From: Girardia tigrina
Taxonomy: Eukaryota
Direction: 5' to 3'
Assembly: GCA_001938485.1 (NCBI GenBank)
Contig: MQRK01247947.1
Location: forward strand, 4,884-67,086
DNA length: 62,203 nucleotides
The translations under genes and the position numbers were made by a program. Positions 1 to 13,320 of this stretch are shown here, one piece after another. How positions within the stretch are numbered: the first letter of the stretch is position 1; every line of letters starts with the position of its first letter. The notes below the pieces were generated by a model. The model saw nothing but the letters and a program-made list of their open reading frames with translations, was not told the DNA's origin and ran no database searches.

Positions 1-212
1 TAAAGATTTAAAGGATGTTGTAATTTCAAAAATAGAAATAGAAGATTTTACTTTAATATTTAATAATCAAATATTGGAAAAAGAGGAATATTTAATCGAT
101 TATGGTATATTACCCTCGCGGTGAACACCACCATAAATCCTTCTGATAGATTTAAATTTTCGTTGGCTTTGTGCCCAAACTCTCAACAATACTCATCCTG
201 TTTGTCTTTTTT

Positions 213-629
213 TCAAACGCATACTAGCGGGAAATTCCACGGCGAACTGCATTTTTCAATGATACAATTTTCCTCGTAATTCTTGATAATATAATCAAGT
301 TTTTCCTCAAAGTGTTTTGGCTGTCTGTACTGTTTTACCAGTATTGGTTCTCCTTGCGTTTCAATTTTATGCTTAGTTAGTGTGATCTTCCCTATATCCC
401 TTTTGTCCGCCATAAATATCGTTTTATAATATATTAGTAATTTCATTAATGGTTCATCTATCTTATCTGCGTATATTACCCTTATTCTTTCATGTCTGTC
501 TCCGTCAGTTAAAGTATCGCATATTACCAGCACTCCTTCGTTGTATCCTGTTTCTTTATTTAGTTTTATGTTGAATTTATTTAGAAAATCTATTTCTGCA
601 ATCATTTCGGGTTCCAAATCTTTTACCAC
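213..629 (-). pseudogene. Ty3/gypsy pol fragment (protease-RT junction)
   Basis: KHKIETQGEPILVKQYRQP...IIEKCSSPWNFPLVCV is the typical start of a gypsy RT; the frame is broken by stops. Confidence 0.8.
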
Positions 630-695
630 TTACGACTTGTTGGTGGACAATTATTCGTCCTTCCATTCTAAAGCCTTTAAATCGGAGATGAAGGC

Positions 696-1866
696 GTGAA
701 CATAAATGTCATATACCGTGCTGTAAATCGACTGAATGGTAATGAAATAATCGAAAGGGGTCATCAAACCGTCAAGGCGTTAGCCGCAAGAGCAGGGAAT
801 GGAATTCAAAAATCTGTGTATGGGATGAATAATACCCCAGGAAAAAACGATAGCCCCCGATCCGAAATTCTTTACGGGTTTAAACCTCGGTTGAAGTTTG
901 TCTTTAACTCTACCGATCATATTGGCGAAGATAAATTTTTAGCCAAGTTCAAAGATGGAGATAAAGTATGGGTGAAACCAATTCAGGTCCAGTGATGTGA
1001 CGAAAAATGGGTAGAAGGAGTTATTAAAGGGATAATAAGTCCAGTCAAATTCTTAGTAACTGTGAGGAATATTTTAAATTGTTTGAATGTATTGATGATG
1101 TATGTTGATTTAAGTATGTTGAATTTAGAATAGTGATTCTCCCACCAAGATGGAAATTGGTATTTTTTTGTTTAAATTTGAAGTGATTGACTATTCGAAC
1201 ATAGTTACAATAATAATTTAATAAGTTCATATTTTTATTTAACAATTAAAATTAAGTTTAATATTTTTAGTAAAATTTAAATAAAATGCATTTTTAATAA
1301 TTTGATGACATTTTTATTATTTTGGGATTTATTGAGAAATGGTAAAATTTATTACTTTTAATTAATATTTTTTAGAAGTTAAATATTTGAAAAAATAACT
1401 TAGAAAAATTGTTCAAATAATCATGATTAAAAATAGAAATAAGAAAACCAATTAGAATGATGACAAACGCCGAAAGACTTTCTGAGAGTCTTAATGACTC
1501 TAAATGTGATTGTAATAAAAATTCAAACGAGACTTGTCTAAATTTTCTTAATTGTAACCATAAGGAATGTTGAATCATTGCGTCATGTTGCTGATCTAAG
1601 AATGCGATTTCAACCGAGTGTTTCGGATCTGAGCGACTCTTCACAACAAGCTATAATGGAATCGATCGTTCGAGGAGATTATGTGATTGTCACATGGGAT
1701 AAGTTAGATTCGTCCGAATCTGGGGGAGATGAATATTGATGATAAAAACTTTGTTTTAAAATTCTCGATTTTGTGGCGTTTTCTAGAGACGCGTGTTCGT
1801 TCAATATATTTTACACCAGTTGTGCCTTTGTAAATTTATTCTAGTGCTACAATTCGATTAAACACA
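696..1866 (+). mobile_element. Gypsy integrase C-terminus, polypurine tract (PPT) and probable short LTR, interrupted by a solo LTR
   Basis: NGNEIIERGHQTVK integrase motif. The frame resumes after the solo LTR (VTIRNVESLRHVADLR). PPT-like tctgggggaga at ~1719-1729 is followed by TG. Confidence 0.6.
1061..1553 (+). mobile_element. Solo LTR (TGTGAGG family)
   Basis: Starts TGTGAGGAAT and has the internal CTCCCACCAAGATGG motif. Perfect 5-bp TSD GTAAC at 1056-1060 and 1554-1558. Confidence 0.75.
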
Positions 1867-2403
1867 GTTTTTACAAATTTATAAATCACGAATCATTGTA
1901 AATGTTAATTGACTTTTTAAATTATTTGTTTTGGGTATTATTTTATACTGTGAGCATCACAATATATAAGAATTAAAATGTAATTTAAAAAAACACAAAA
2001 AGTAGCATTTCTTCAATTAAAACATTTTCATAAACATAAAAATTAAAAAATACAAAAAATGAATAATTCAAAAAGATAAATATTTTTTAATTTAATGTTA
2101 CATAAATGAAATAAACTCGTTATAATAATAATGATTCGAAAGGTATTAAATGAATAAAATTTAATTTAATAGAATTTTAAAAGAAAAATGATTTACTGAA
2201 AAATGTAATTAGTGAAATAAATAACATTTATAAACAAAACACGAAAATACTAATGATAAAAGTTTGTTTTAAAAGATAATTAATAAAGAAAAGGAGAAAG
2301 AAATTCTTTTGAAACTATATGTAAAGTTAATAAAATTTTGATTGTCATGACTTCGAATGCTGTGTTCAATGTTGAAAACAAAAAAAACATAACTAACAAT
2401 CAT

Positions 2404-2831
2404 TGTAAGGGAATATTCGGAATGTTGTAAGTTTTTTGTTTGTATGCTATTTTATATTGGTGACTCTCCTGCTCAGATGTAATGGATTAATTATTTAAAT
2501 CTAATGAAATTAATTAAATGATATTAATTTTTAAATACTAATTTATTAAAAATTTTATAATTATAAATTTCAATAATATTTTTAGTAAACAATTTTAACT
2601 TATTGAATTTAATATATTTTAAAAAAACTAATGTTTATTTTAAAAAATTACTTCATGTATTTCAGACTCAAATTGTGATGTTACTAATAATCATAATTTT
2701 AAAATTTAGAAAAGAATCAATATTACTTTTTTAATATCGTAATAATAATAAAAAAAATAAATAAAGGACTGTTTATAAAAGATGTCTTTATATATAAGTC
2801 TCAAACTCGTAAACTCACTAAAATATGTCAC
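2404..2831 (+). mobile_element. Degenerate LTR related to the LTR at 26568-26950
   Basis: tgtaagggaatattcggaatgttgtaag...gactctcctgctcagatg matches the reverse LTR ending at 26950. Right end uncertain. Confidence 0.5.
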
Positions 2832-2955
2832 AACATGTATTACCCCACTTCCAATTTTTTTCCGGAATAACTTTCAGAAAATCACTTTGAATTTCAAGCA
2901 ACAATTATTTTTATGCACTTTTCCAAATTTTCAAAAGATATTGGCTTGTACGAAC

Positions 2956-3090
2956 TAGAGATTGGCGATTGTGATCCGAACCCGTCCATAACCCGACCGA
3001 AACCCGATCGGGTTAGCAATTTATTACTTCTGGTCGGGTCGGGTTCGGGATACAATTTAGAAAATCAGGTTTGGTTCGGGTTGGAAAATA
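2956..3090. mobile_element. hAT-type terminus with subterminal AACCCG/CGGGTT repeats
   Basis: TAGAGATTG start followed by clustered aacccg/cgggtt motifs in both orientations. Confidence 0.45.
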
Positions 3091-3634
3091 TTCGATTTAT
3101 CAATATGTTTCAAAACCAACATTTTCCTGTTTTAAAAGTAAAAGTAGTCATTTTAAAATAAAATATTTCATTAATGCAATATATTTTTTTGTTTAAATAT
3201 TCTAATGAATATTTAAAAAGCGTGTTTCCTGTTTATTTTCAAATTCGCAAACGTCGATTTTGAATTTCAACATGGAAATTACATGTACAAGGCAAATACC
3301 GCAAAAAGTTATTATTGAAGATAATAAATGTACAGTTGATTTTGCTGTCAAAGACAGCGTTTGAATGTTTCCTAACCCCAAACGCAAATCAAAAAATAGA
3401 TTAAAAATATTTGAAATTCAAATTTAAATTAAAATCCTGGAGGAAAATTATGGTGGAATAATCATACAATCTGATACATCAATCAACCATCGGAGTCAGG
3501 AGAGACTTCACTCTGTAAAATAACACACCACAAATAAAATTAAAAAGTTTAATAATAAAAACAAATCAGAAAAATTGTATTATATTATATTTGTTTAATA
3601 TTATGCGTTTTGATAAGTTTGTAAAATAAAAGGT

Positions 3635-4671
3635 CTAAATTTGTATAAACGGATGATTCAACACTTCTTCCGTGGTGATTCTTTTATCCGGATCAACAAC
3701 AAAAATTTTAGAAATCTAAATTAAAATTTTTAATATTATAATTATTGGTAACAATGTATAAAATACCAGATCTAATGCTTGTTGAGACAACTTTCCATAA
3801 TCTTTCACTTTAATCGAGTATCTTCCTTCTATGATGTCCGCGTACGTATGTTCTATTTCAGTGCGTTCGTATGGAAAGTAACCTAAAAGCAAGAAAAACA
3901 TAACGACCCCAGCAGACCAAACGTCTGTCGGTTTGCCAAACAAATGTGTTTTATGATTCTGTATTACATCCACCATTTCCGGTGAAAGATACATAGGTGT
4001 TCCCCTCACATCTAAATGTTATTATTGTCTAGAGATATCATTATCACAGTAAAAGCTTACATTTCCGTTCGTAAAGATCGTCGTTGCGAACCGACACTTC
4101 AAAGTCGATCACTTTTATGTTGTCTTCATCATCAAGTAAAATGTTCTCTAACTTTATATCTGCGTGAATTATGTCTATCGAATGCATAAAATTTATTGCC
4201 TCGAATAACTGGTGGGTGATTTGTTTAGTTCGAAGTTCTGAAAATTGTCTATTGTTGCGACCGTAGGTTGCTAAGTTTCCATTTTTACAACTATGTTAAA
4301 CAGAATTAGTATCATGAATTGCAAAAGCTACTTACAAATCCATGATCATGTAAATCCTATCTTTAGTTTCGAAACTTGTGTAAACATTAATAATGTAAGG
4401 ATGACTAAAGCAAAGTTTCAACATAATATATTCGTTGCGTGAATTCGAGATTGTGCGTTTTTTAGTATATTTATCTCCTCGTATATCGGTTATTTTAACT
4501 GCGTATTGTTTCTATTTCATTAATATAAAATTTATTTTATAAATGTGAAATACTCACGTTAGTCGAAATTTCAGTACACTTGTATACCGTTTTAGAACTG
4601 CTTATGCCGATCAGATCACCACAAGTATATCTTGCATTAAATTGGTTTTGTACTTTAGAATTCTTGAACAT
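3635..4671 (-). CDS. Ser/Thr kinase paralog K1 (CAMK-like, DFE/non-RD), 281 aa; exons 4671-4558, 4511-4336, 4290-4061, 4011-3767, 3715-3635
   Basis: Manual splicing at GT-AG introns (46, 45, 49, 51 nt) gives an open frame with YAVK, RNE, HADIKLEN, DFE, GTPMYLSPE, DVWSAG, KRIT...HPF. Confidence 0.9.
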
Positions 4672-5605
4672 TTTAATAATTAAATTTATTTATTTCTTTC
4701 GAATATAATTATATCCTAATTAATTTATTTATATAAAGATATATTATGTAATCGATATTATATAATTGGGATTTTTAGAATATTATTTTTCCGGATTCTC
4801 TTTTATAATTGCTAAATTGTTAATGAAAATAATTAAGTTACTTATTCCAATGAAAATTTTTCATGAGAGAAATTAAAATAATGAATTTCTAAAAATGCCT
4901 AAAATAATCATGAGACCATTAAATTAACTGAGACGACGAGGAAATATAACCGAGTGTTGTTTTAATAACTCGTTGTAAGCGTAAATTTTTTACAAATAAA
5001 TATATTTCAGTACCCCAACTATACCTCCTCTTGGATTACATGGGATACAATTTGAAATATTTGTTGGAATAATTGTTTTGAAACCAATCATTTTAAAATA
5101 TAAACAATTTGGTTTGATGTCGATCGATGAAAGTTTTGTGTAGAGATATTGTAAAGATTATTGTGATAATAATAGAATTTATGAAAATAATATTAATGCA
5201 CTTAATAAACCCTACTATTACGCACAAAGTTTAGATCATGAGCCAAATAACTCATTTAGAATGAAGTAAGGAAAGACAAATATAATTTCTATTTTCAGTC
5301 AGTACGTCATATGTTGAGTATATTTGATCTTATTATTTCCATTTTTATCGGTTCTCTTTCCAGCATGTGACTTAGGTTTCTAAGATTATTTTTAAGAAGT
5401 CAGGTTGTTAAAAACATACGTCACTGTATCTTTCAAATCCTTTTTGAGGCATATTTCTGATCTCTTAAAAATCTTTTTAAATAATTATACATGCAAATAA
5501 TCAAATTAAATTTAAATTTAAAAAGAAATATCAAATTAAATTTTATTAACGAAGTTAAGTATCAAAGACTTTTAGGCTGGTAAATATCGTCCAGATTTCG
5601 CTTAA

Positions 5606-5838
5606 CCCGAATGGGGCCACCGTCCTTTTAAAAGAACACTGCTCAAATATTTTTTTACATCAATTTGACGACTCAGCAACAGATGGCATTAGGTGCAATA
5701 GTCTTTGTATATATGAGTCATGAGTTTGAACTAATCAGTTTATTTTTTAATGTAGAACAAGTTATTTAGATATAATAAACCAGAATTAATATCAAAAATT
5801 CCTTTTTTTTAAAGGAAATAGTTTCGGCCCCATTAGGG
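5606..5838. mobile_element. piggyBac-type MITE (233 bp)
   Basis: TTAA|CCCGAATGGGGCC...GGCCCCATTAGGG|TTAA: 13-bp terminal inverted repeat (TIR, 1 mismatch) and TTAA TSD. Confidence 0.75.
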
Positions 5839-6979
5839 TTAATATTGAGAATTAATAAGATTTTTTCACCAATATCAATCGAGGAAATTATTGGTGTCTT
5901 ATAACAATTAGAATTTCGATAAAATTAGCCAGCAATTAGTCTAATTATTTAAACCCCAATAGACAAGCTAATTCCTAAGAAATTTACATAAATTTACGAG
6001 GAAACTATTGATTTTTTTTACTGTATTACATCGAATCTTTAATCCGGTGCGTAAACTATAAATATTTGTTGTGTATAAAAAAATCTGTTATTATTCATAA
6101 GTTGTTCTTTCAATTTTGTTCCACATCATAATTTATGATACCAGATTGATATTTAAACTATTGGTCGCGCTGCGATTACTTTGGACCCATTTTTTTGAAC
6201 CCATTTGTTAAAATAAAATCAATATTTTTAAATAATTTAATTAAAATAATTAATAAGGAAAACTAATTAAAAATAAAAATTAAATTAAAAATTAATTTAA
6301 TTAAATAAAATATATAAATATATATATATAAATAAGGGAATATAAAATCATCACGTTCATATGGTTTTGTGATGACGCACATACCATATGAATTCCGCTT
6401 TTTAAAAGAGTATTCTCAACTTTGAGACAATCCAATTCATTCTTTATTGTCTCTATTTTCGATGATTCTTTCGGGATCCACCAATTCCGAATCGTAATCT
6501 CGACATTGATTAAAAATCAAATGCACAACACTGGCCAGACAAATATTCGTGCTCATGATTATCAATTTGTGCCAAGTCAACAAAATAAAATTCGATTACC
6601 AATCTCTATGATAATTTATCAGAATCAATTTCCAACCGATAATTAAAATTCCGATTTCACAAAGACAAAGACATTGAATTGAAAAACGTTCATTAAATAT
6701 CGATTAATGAATTTTGAAATGTTACCAACAATTGTGAGCCTCATTTTTGATATTTATGTGTGTGATCTGTGTGTAATGTATGCAAATGTGTCATTGGAGT
6801 GAAATGTTTGAGCCAATGAGATGGGTGTGTGTGTTGGTGTTGATTTGTGAATTGTGATTCACAATTAACAATTCTCAATTAAAAAAAATGGATTTGAAAT
6901 GTGAATATAATTCACAATTTGTTTAAAAATAAAAAGTTTTGAATTTTGTAGCTGTTTTCCTTTTTTTTTTGAATTGATA

Positions 6980-8580
6980 ATGCGCAATGGCAAAACCACT
7001 TTTCAAATGGAGTGGATCATGATGCTGGGGATTGAGTTTCGATCACTTGAATGTTTAAACGAAACTCTCAGAGCTTTTTTGATATCATATTTTGAAACTT
7101 TGGACAATTTTTGCNNNNNNNNNNNNNNNNNNNNNNNNNNNNNNNNNNNNAATGAATTGATTGAGAAAGTTGAGAATTTGGTGGCGAATGATAAAGAACA
7201 CATCCGATTTCGATTTCTTTTGCTCACCTATAGAAATTGTACTTTTAATATTTCTGTCAAAAATAAGTTCTTTAAGAATCAGTTGCGTAATTTCCTCTAC
7301 ATGTGGCAAACAGAGGAAATAACAGATTCGTATACTTTTTTGCGTATTTTGTCGAGAAATATGACGGTTTTCGAGAAACGAGTCATGTCAGCTGTCGCGT
7401 CATATATTCTTATTTTTTCATCAAAAGAAGATTCTGTGGAGTTACCAAGAAAGCAGACATTTGATATGAATTTTTTGAAGGATATATTGGATTCTGTGGA
7501 AAATTGCGATTACATCTCACTGAGGAGAATGATGGGTGACTTGTGGTACTACCCGGCTTCATGGGCCGATTGTAAGGAGATCAATCTTTTGAAAAGAATA
7601 AAAAATTGGGAAATACAAGAAGCAAATGTCACGGCTGAAATCTCTGAGAATACCCTGGTGAATGAAAACAGTTCGGATGTATCCGCATGTGGAGATGCGT
7701 CGATCAGTGTCTCTATTCTAGAGACGACAGTTCCTAATCTCAATATCTGTGCAAATAATAAATCTAGAAAGCGTTTGGACTACTCGATTATTCCAGATAG
7801 TCCATTGCCTTCAAAAGCTATACCTTGTCCGGATAAAAAAGATAAAAATATTTCCTCCAACATCAATGATAGAACCATTGATTTTTCATGTGAAAACTTT
7901 GACAGTCCATTAAGAAAGAATAATTCTTGTATACTGAATCAAGCTGTGATTCTTGAATCACCCAAAACAATGTCCGACTTAGATGATTCTTCTTATGTCT
8001 TCAAAACACCTCAGAAACCGGTCAGGTTGGCCGTAAACAAATCGAATGTGAATGATATATCTTATATCTGTTCACCTATTGTACGCCAACGATTTAAAGC
8101 GATGTCTAATTCTAGCAATTCTGACATTGACCAAACAATTTTTGGTGATTTTCATGTAGACAATCACAGTTATGAGAATGAATCTGACGCAATTAGTTTC
8201 CTTAATTCATCAATGCTGACAGAAGTATCGAGCTTATGCTTTCAAAAATACAAATGCCTTAAAGTACTCGGAGAAGGAGGATATAGCAAGGTTTTTGAAG
8301 CTATCAAATTAAGAACCTCTGCTGAGATACAACAACTATAGTGATTATCGATTTGCTACAATAACTATGGAACTCATCTGGATTCTCATGGTCACCCTAT
8401 CAACCTAGGCATGCGAGGAAAATGGTGGCACAAATCTGGTCTAGTAAAATATTTGATGAATATCTAACTGTGTCTTAGCATATTCCACCTATTTTGTCGA
8501 AATTAAAAGCTAATGACTTGATTAACAAGTCATCTAATTGGTTTGTTAAGCATGTTCGTACAAGCGAATACTTTTTGTAA
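6980..8580 (+). pseudogene. Large intronless ORF ending in a kinase N-lobe start, followed by a kinase C-terminal relic; Bub1/Mps1-like (tentative)
   Basis: The ~450-aa ORF has an SP/TP-rich middle, then YKCLKVLGEGGYSKVFEAIK and a stop at 8341. A downstream broken frame reads WSPYQPRHARKMVAQIWSSKIFDEYL..IPPILSKLK, resembling a Bub1 C-lobe end. The kinase core is missing, and the ORF spans an N gap. Confidence 0.45.
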
Positions 8581-9308
8581 ATGAAGAAATGTACAAAAGA
8601 AAATTGGTGCTTGAAATTTAAAAGTGATTGGCTGAAAGTTATTCTGTAAAAAACATTTGGAAGAGGGTAATAGGTATTTTAGAAGGATTAACAAAGTTAT
8701 GACAGAGAGAATGCTAAAATGCGAAAAGAAGCATGAAATCCTTTATGGACAGTCCCATATTTGATTATTATTATTATTATTATGATATTACTAAAGTAAT
8801 ATTGATTATTTTCTACATTTTAAAATTGTGATTATTATTGTTAGTTAAGTTTATTTTGTTTTCAACATTTAATACGAAATTCGAAGTCATGACAATGGAA
8901 AATATATTAACATTACATATAGTTTCAAAAGAATTTCCATTTCCTTTTCTTTAATAATTATCTTCTTAAACAAATTTTCATAATTAGTATTTTCGTGTTT
9001 TGTTTATAAAAGTGTTATTTGTTTCACTATTTGCTGTTTTTTTAACGTTAATTTCCTTCGCTAGAAAAATAGATCTCTGAAGTCCCATTTGTGTTTCTTC
9101 ATGAATGTGTTTAACCTTCTCGATATCCGATTCTAAGGAAGCCGATAGACATTGTCCTCTTTCGTGGAGCGACCTAAAAATGCCCATCACTGTTCCAATA
9201 GTTCTTCCTGCTAGCCCGTTTGATTGATGTTCAAATGTACTACTACATCTTTGTTCAATTCTGAATCTCCTGCAAAAATCTTTAAATATTTAACCAGGCA
9301 TCATCTTC

Positions 9309-10095
9309 TTACCTCGAATGCATCTTCGAGGTTCTGTACTGATCCCTAAATTTGAGCACATGCTTTCGGAAAAGGTTTACATTGTTTTCAGCGATGCAAT
9401 CCCGGTTGCTAGTTAAGAGCATCGTTAAAGATTTCAGCTTAACTGTACAGTCTTGAATCGACAATTCTCTTTTTTGAAGGTAGGCTTGTGCATTGTTCAC
9501 TTTGATTAACACTTGTGCTTAAAACTCAAGATAGGTGAAAAACGTGAAGGACTGCATTGCCACTAATAATTCGCCTTCTTCAGATCTATTAAGAGGATTT
9601 TTGCCAGTACCTGTTAGCGTCTTCAGAGTTTCTATAATTTTTGAAAATTGATTCTTAACCATCTTGACGGCTTCTCCTCTAGCGCTCCAACGTATTTCAA
9701 CTATTTGCTTCAGGATAGTTCCGGTTGTTTTTATTAGTATGTCCCATCGGTGTGTTGAAGCTGAGAAAAAAATGTGTGATTAGTTCAGTGTCTCACAAAT
9801 GTCACGGAATTGACCTGCACTTGGGAGGTACAAATCGCAGCCAAATTCAAGGAATAATTCGAGCAGGCAATGAATTGCGCTTTGCGGTTGACTTCAAGAA
9901 CGCCGGAGTGTTGACCCTTCATGACCACAGCATTGTCATAGCCTTGTCATCTGCAGTCCATTATGTCTAAGCCGTCTGAACGTAGCTTTTGCAAAATCAT
10001 TTCAGCGGTTTCAGCTGCGTTTTTATCATTGGTGTCGATGAAGTCGATGAAAGACTCCCGAACTTTTACCTTGTCCTTAGGACAATTACTGAAGC
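9309..10095 (-). pseudogene. hAT transposase relic (ZMYM1/DUF4371-like)
   Basis: Reverse frame: ESFIDFI, DCR*QGYDNAVVMKGQHSGV, CSNYSLNL, STHRWDIL, EIRWSAR. Confidence 0.8.
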
Positions 10096-10393
10096 ACTCT
10101 TGATAAAATTTCTTAAACCTAGTCTAAATGTGCAAAGTGATTCGTCCAATCATATTAGAGTATTTTGACGTAACACACTGTGACGTAATGGTCATCTNNN
10201 NNNNNNNNNNNNNNNNNNNNNNNNNNNNNNNNNNNNNNNNNNNNNNNNNNNNNNNNNNNNNNNNNNNNNNNNNNNNNNNNNNNNNNNNNNNNNNNNNNNN
10301 NNNNNNNNNNNNNNNNNNNNNNNNNNNNNNNNNNNNNNNNNNNNNNNNNNNNNNNNNNNNNNNNNNNNNNNNNNNNNNNNNNNNNNNNNNNNN

Positions 10394-11575
10394 GAATCTA
10401 TAGCTTGAACCCATCTATGGGCAAGTTGTGCGATCCCGCTGTGGTACCAATCCTTGTTCTTAGAAGCGAAGAACTGGTGACACCCGTTTTCGACCTCGGC
10501 CAGATTATTGAAACTGCGACCACGAAGAAAGTGTGCCATAAAGCGGAAAAGGTGATAGTCGGATGGCGCAAGATCCGGACTATACGCTGGGTGTGGAAAA
10601 AGTTCAAAGGCGTCGAGATTTTTGATTTTTTCCTTTGTTTGTTTGGCGGTGTGCGGTTTTACATTGTCCTGTTGTAGAAGAACTCGCTTTCGATTGATCA
10701 AAGCGGGGTATTTCTCGTCAAGTGCCGCATACATTCGGTCAAGTTGGGCTCAGTAAAGATCAGCGTCGATGGTACGACCATTTAAAACTATCTCGAAGTG
10801 AATCGCGCCTTAGAAATTCCACCAAACACACAAAAGTGCCTTCCTCGAGAAACGATCTCATTTCGCTACAGGTTTCGCCGTTTGTCCGGGGTCCAACCAT
10901 TGATTTTGTTGGTCTGGATTACTGAAGTAAACCCACTTTTCATTGCAAGTTACAATTCGACGGATGAAACGATTATCGTGCGATTTTTCAAGCAATTTTT
11001 GACAAGTTTCGAAACGCTTTTCGGTTTGAATTTGTGTCAAGTCATGAGGCACTTCTCAACGTCGTCTATTGACCTTACCCAGAGCGTAAAGGTATCGTAC
11101 AATGGATGTTTGTTGACTATCGAGTTCGGCCGACAATCTGCGAGTACTTATTGACGGATTTGTCTGGACGGCTTCACGAATTACTCCGAAATCTACGGTG
11201 ATAGGTCGGTCTGAATGTGCATTGTCTCCGAGGTCAATGTCACCTTCATTGAACCTTTTGAACCAATTTTGTGCAGTACGATTTGAGACCACATTATTGC
11301 CTTCAACTTCGCATATCTTCTTTGTTGCTGCAGTTACGTTTAAGCCCTGTTTCAAGTAATGGCGTGAAATAACACGAATTTCAACATTTCCATGATTTTT
11401 CTAAAAGACCATAAAAATTATATTAACAACTGATTAGAAGTTTTAATATATATTGTGATAGAGCAATTCAAGAGCTTTAAAAATATATAACACATGTATA
11501 TAAAATATCTTTATTTAGTAATAAGAAACAATTGAACAAAAAGGCATAGAAAATAAGAAAAGACTTTGGTTCACC

Positions 11576-11579
<4 letters not shown>
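10394..11579 (-). mobile_element. mariner element with decayed transposase
   Basis: WFKRF HTH region, VPHDL, IVTCNEKW, QDNVKPH, YSPDLAPSDY. TIR ttagggtgaaccaaag abuts a TA run; the other end is lost in an N gap. Confidence 0.9.
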
Positions 11580-11614
<35 letters not shown>

Positions 11615-11664
11615 NNNNNNNNNNNNNNNNNNNNNNNNNNNNNNNNNNNNNNNNNNNNNNNNNN

Positions 11665-11715
<51 letters not shown>

Positions 11716-11718
11716 TAT
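11580..11718. repeat. (TA)n microsatellite spanning an assembly gap
   Basis: Pure TA run on both sides of the Ns. Confidence 0.95.
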
Positions 11719-11919
11719 AAAGACAGAAAGTAAGCTAATAAAAAGAATGGAAAAATATATATTTATTCAAAGTTTACTCATACAGTGAGTTATTAAAACA
11801 CACTCAATTATATTTCCTCGTCATCTCAGTTAATTTAAATGGTCTCATGATTATTTTATGCATTTTTAGAAATTTATTATTTTAATTTCTCTTATGAAAA
11901 TTTTTCATTGAATTATATA

Positions 11920-13100
11920 AGTTATGTGTGATTGATTAATTATTGAATATTGTTTGTTTAAATAATATATAGTTTTTGTACGCGGTTTAAAATATAGTTT
12001 TGATTTGACTTTGAAAATGGATTTTAAAGAAACCAAAAACGTAACTGGCGACCACGCCGAAAATATCAATGCAATTACGAGAAGCCAACAAAGAAATATT
12101 TTGCTTGCGTCGCTGCCGAAGAAGACAAAGCGAAAAAATGTTCAATCCAGAACGAAAGAAATTCTATGCCCTCGGAAGACCCAAAACTATTTTGATCAGA
12201 TAGTGGTAGATGTTGCCCACATGGACAAAGTTTCAACAAAAAAATTTTTGGTAGTCATTATACACCGATTTAGTAAGTTAGTTAGTTTGAAAGCGGTTTC
12301 GAAGCAAGATGAGCGCACTATATTTAAATGTATTTTGCACAATTGGATCTATAAATTCGGCAAGCCATCTAATATTCTGACAGACCGGGGTAGACAATTC
12401 CAGAGTGCATTTATGAGCCAGAGTTTGGAACAATTACAGATAAAACAAGAATTTAGCTCACCAAATCAACATCAGTCGAATGGTTTAGTGGAACGGGTGA
12501 TAAGAACAGTAAGAGATATGATCGCAACATCATTGAAATGTACAGAGAAAAATTGGGATGAATTGTTGCCTCGGATTGAGTTCAGTCTCAATGCAACTGT
12601 GCAAGATTCGACTAAATTCTCACCTTTCGAGATCGTTTACGGCCGGAAAATAAAATCCATTCGGTGTCTGGAACAAAAACTTTCGACAAGGATCAGATCA
12701 CTGAAGAGGTTCGAGACAATGGAGATGCGGCAGCTGAGAAAATGATGATGTACCAAAAAGAAAGTCGAGGGAAGAGATATTTCAGAGAGGGAGAGATGGT
12801 ACTCGTCCGGGTGGATCCTACAAAGAAAAACAAGAACGATTTCCAATACGAAGCACCGTACAAGATCCTCAGATTCATTTCGCCACACCAGGTTGAAATT
12901 CAATTTTCAAATGAGGTGAAAAGAAGGCGCATTGAATGGCTCAAACGCTGGCCGGGTTTTTGAAGAGGGGGAGAGTTATGTGTGATTGATTAATTATTAA
13001 ATATTGTTTGTTTAAATAATATATAGTTTTTGTACGCAGTTTAAAATATAGTTTTGATTTGATTTTGAAAATGGATTTTAAAGAAACCAAAAACGTAACT
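11920..13100 (+). mobile_element. Miniature gypsy-type LTR element carrying only integrase
   Basis: 127-bp LTRs (11920-12046, 12974-13100; 3 differences; AGTTA...TAACT ends). Primer-binding site (PBS) TGGCGACCAC, PPT gaagagggggag, TSD ATATA. Integrase D-D-E in VVDVAH / LTDRG / NGLVER, with a frameshift before the C-terminal module. Confidence 0.92.
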
Positions 13101-13320
13101 ATATAATTTAATGATTGTGATTTTAAAAAATTTCGATTGATCGAATTATTAATTTCATTTACAATTTAGCAATTATACCCCTGTAAAAGTGAATCAGGAA
13201 AAAATAATATTCTAAAAATCACAATTGTGTAATATCGATTATGTAATAGATCTTTGTATAAATGAAAAAATAATATATAATTATCATTTTCTAAGTCATT
13301 AATTAATTTTAATTATTAAA

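Noticed and set aside
1600-1740. Possible minus-strand mariner YSPDL-like remnant
   Set aside because: Better explained on the plus strand as the gypsy integrase tail and PPT.
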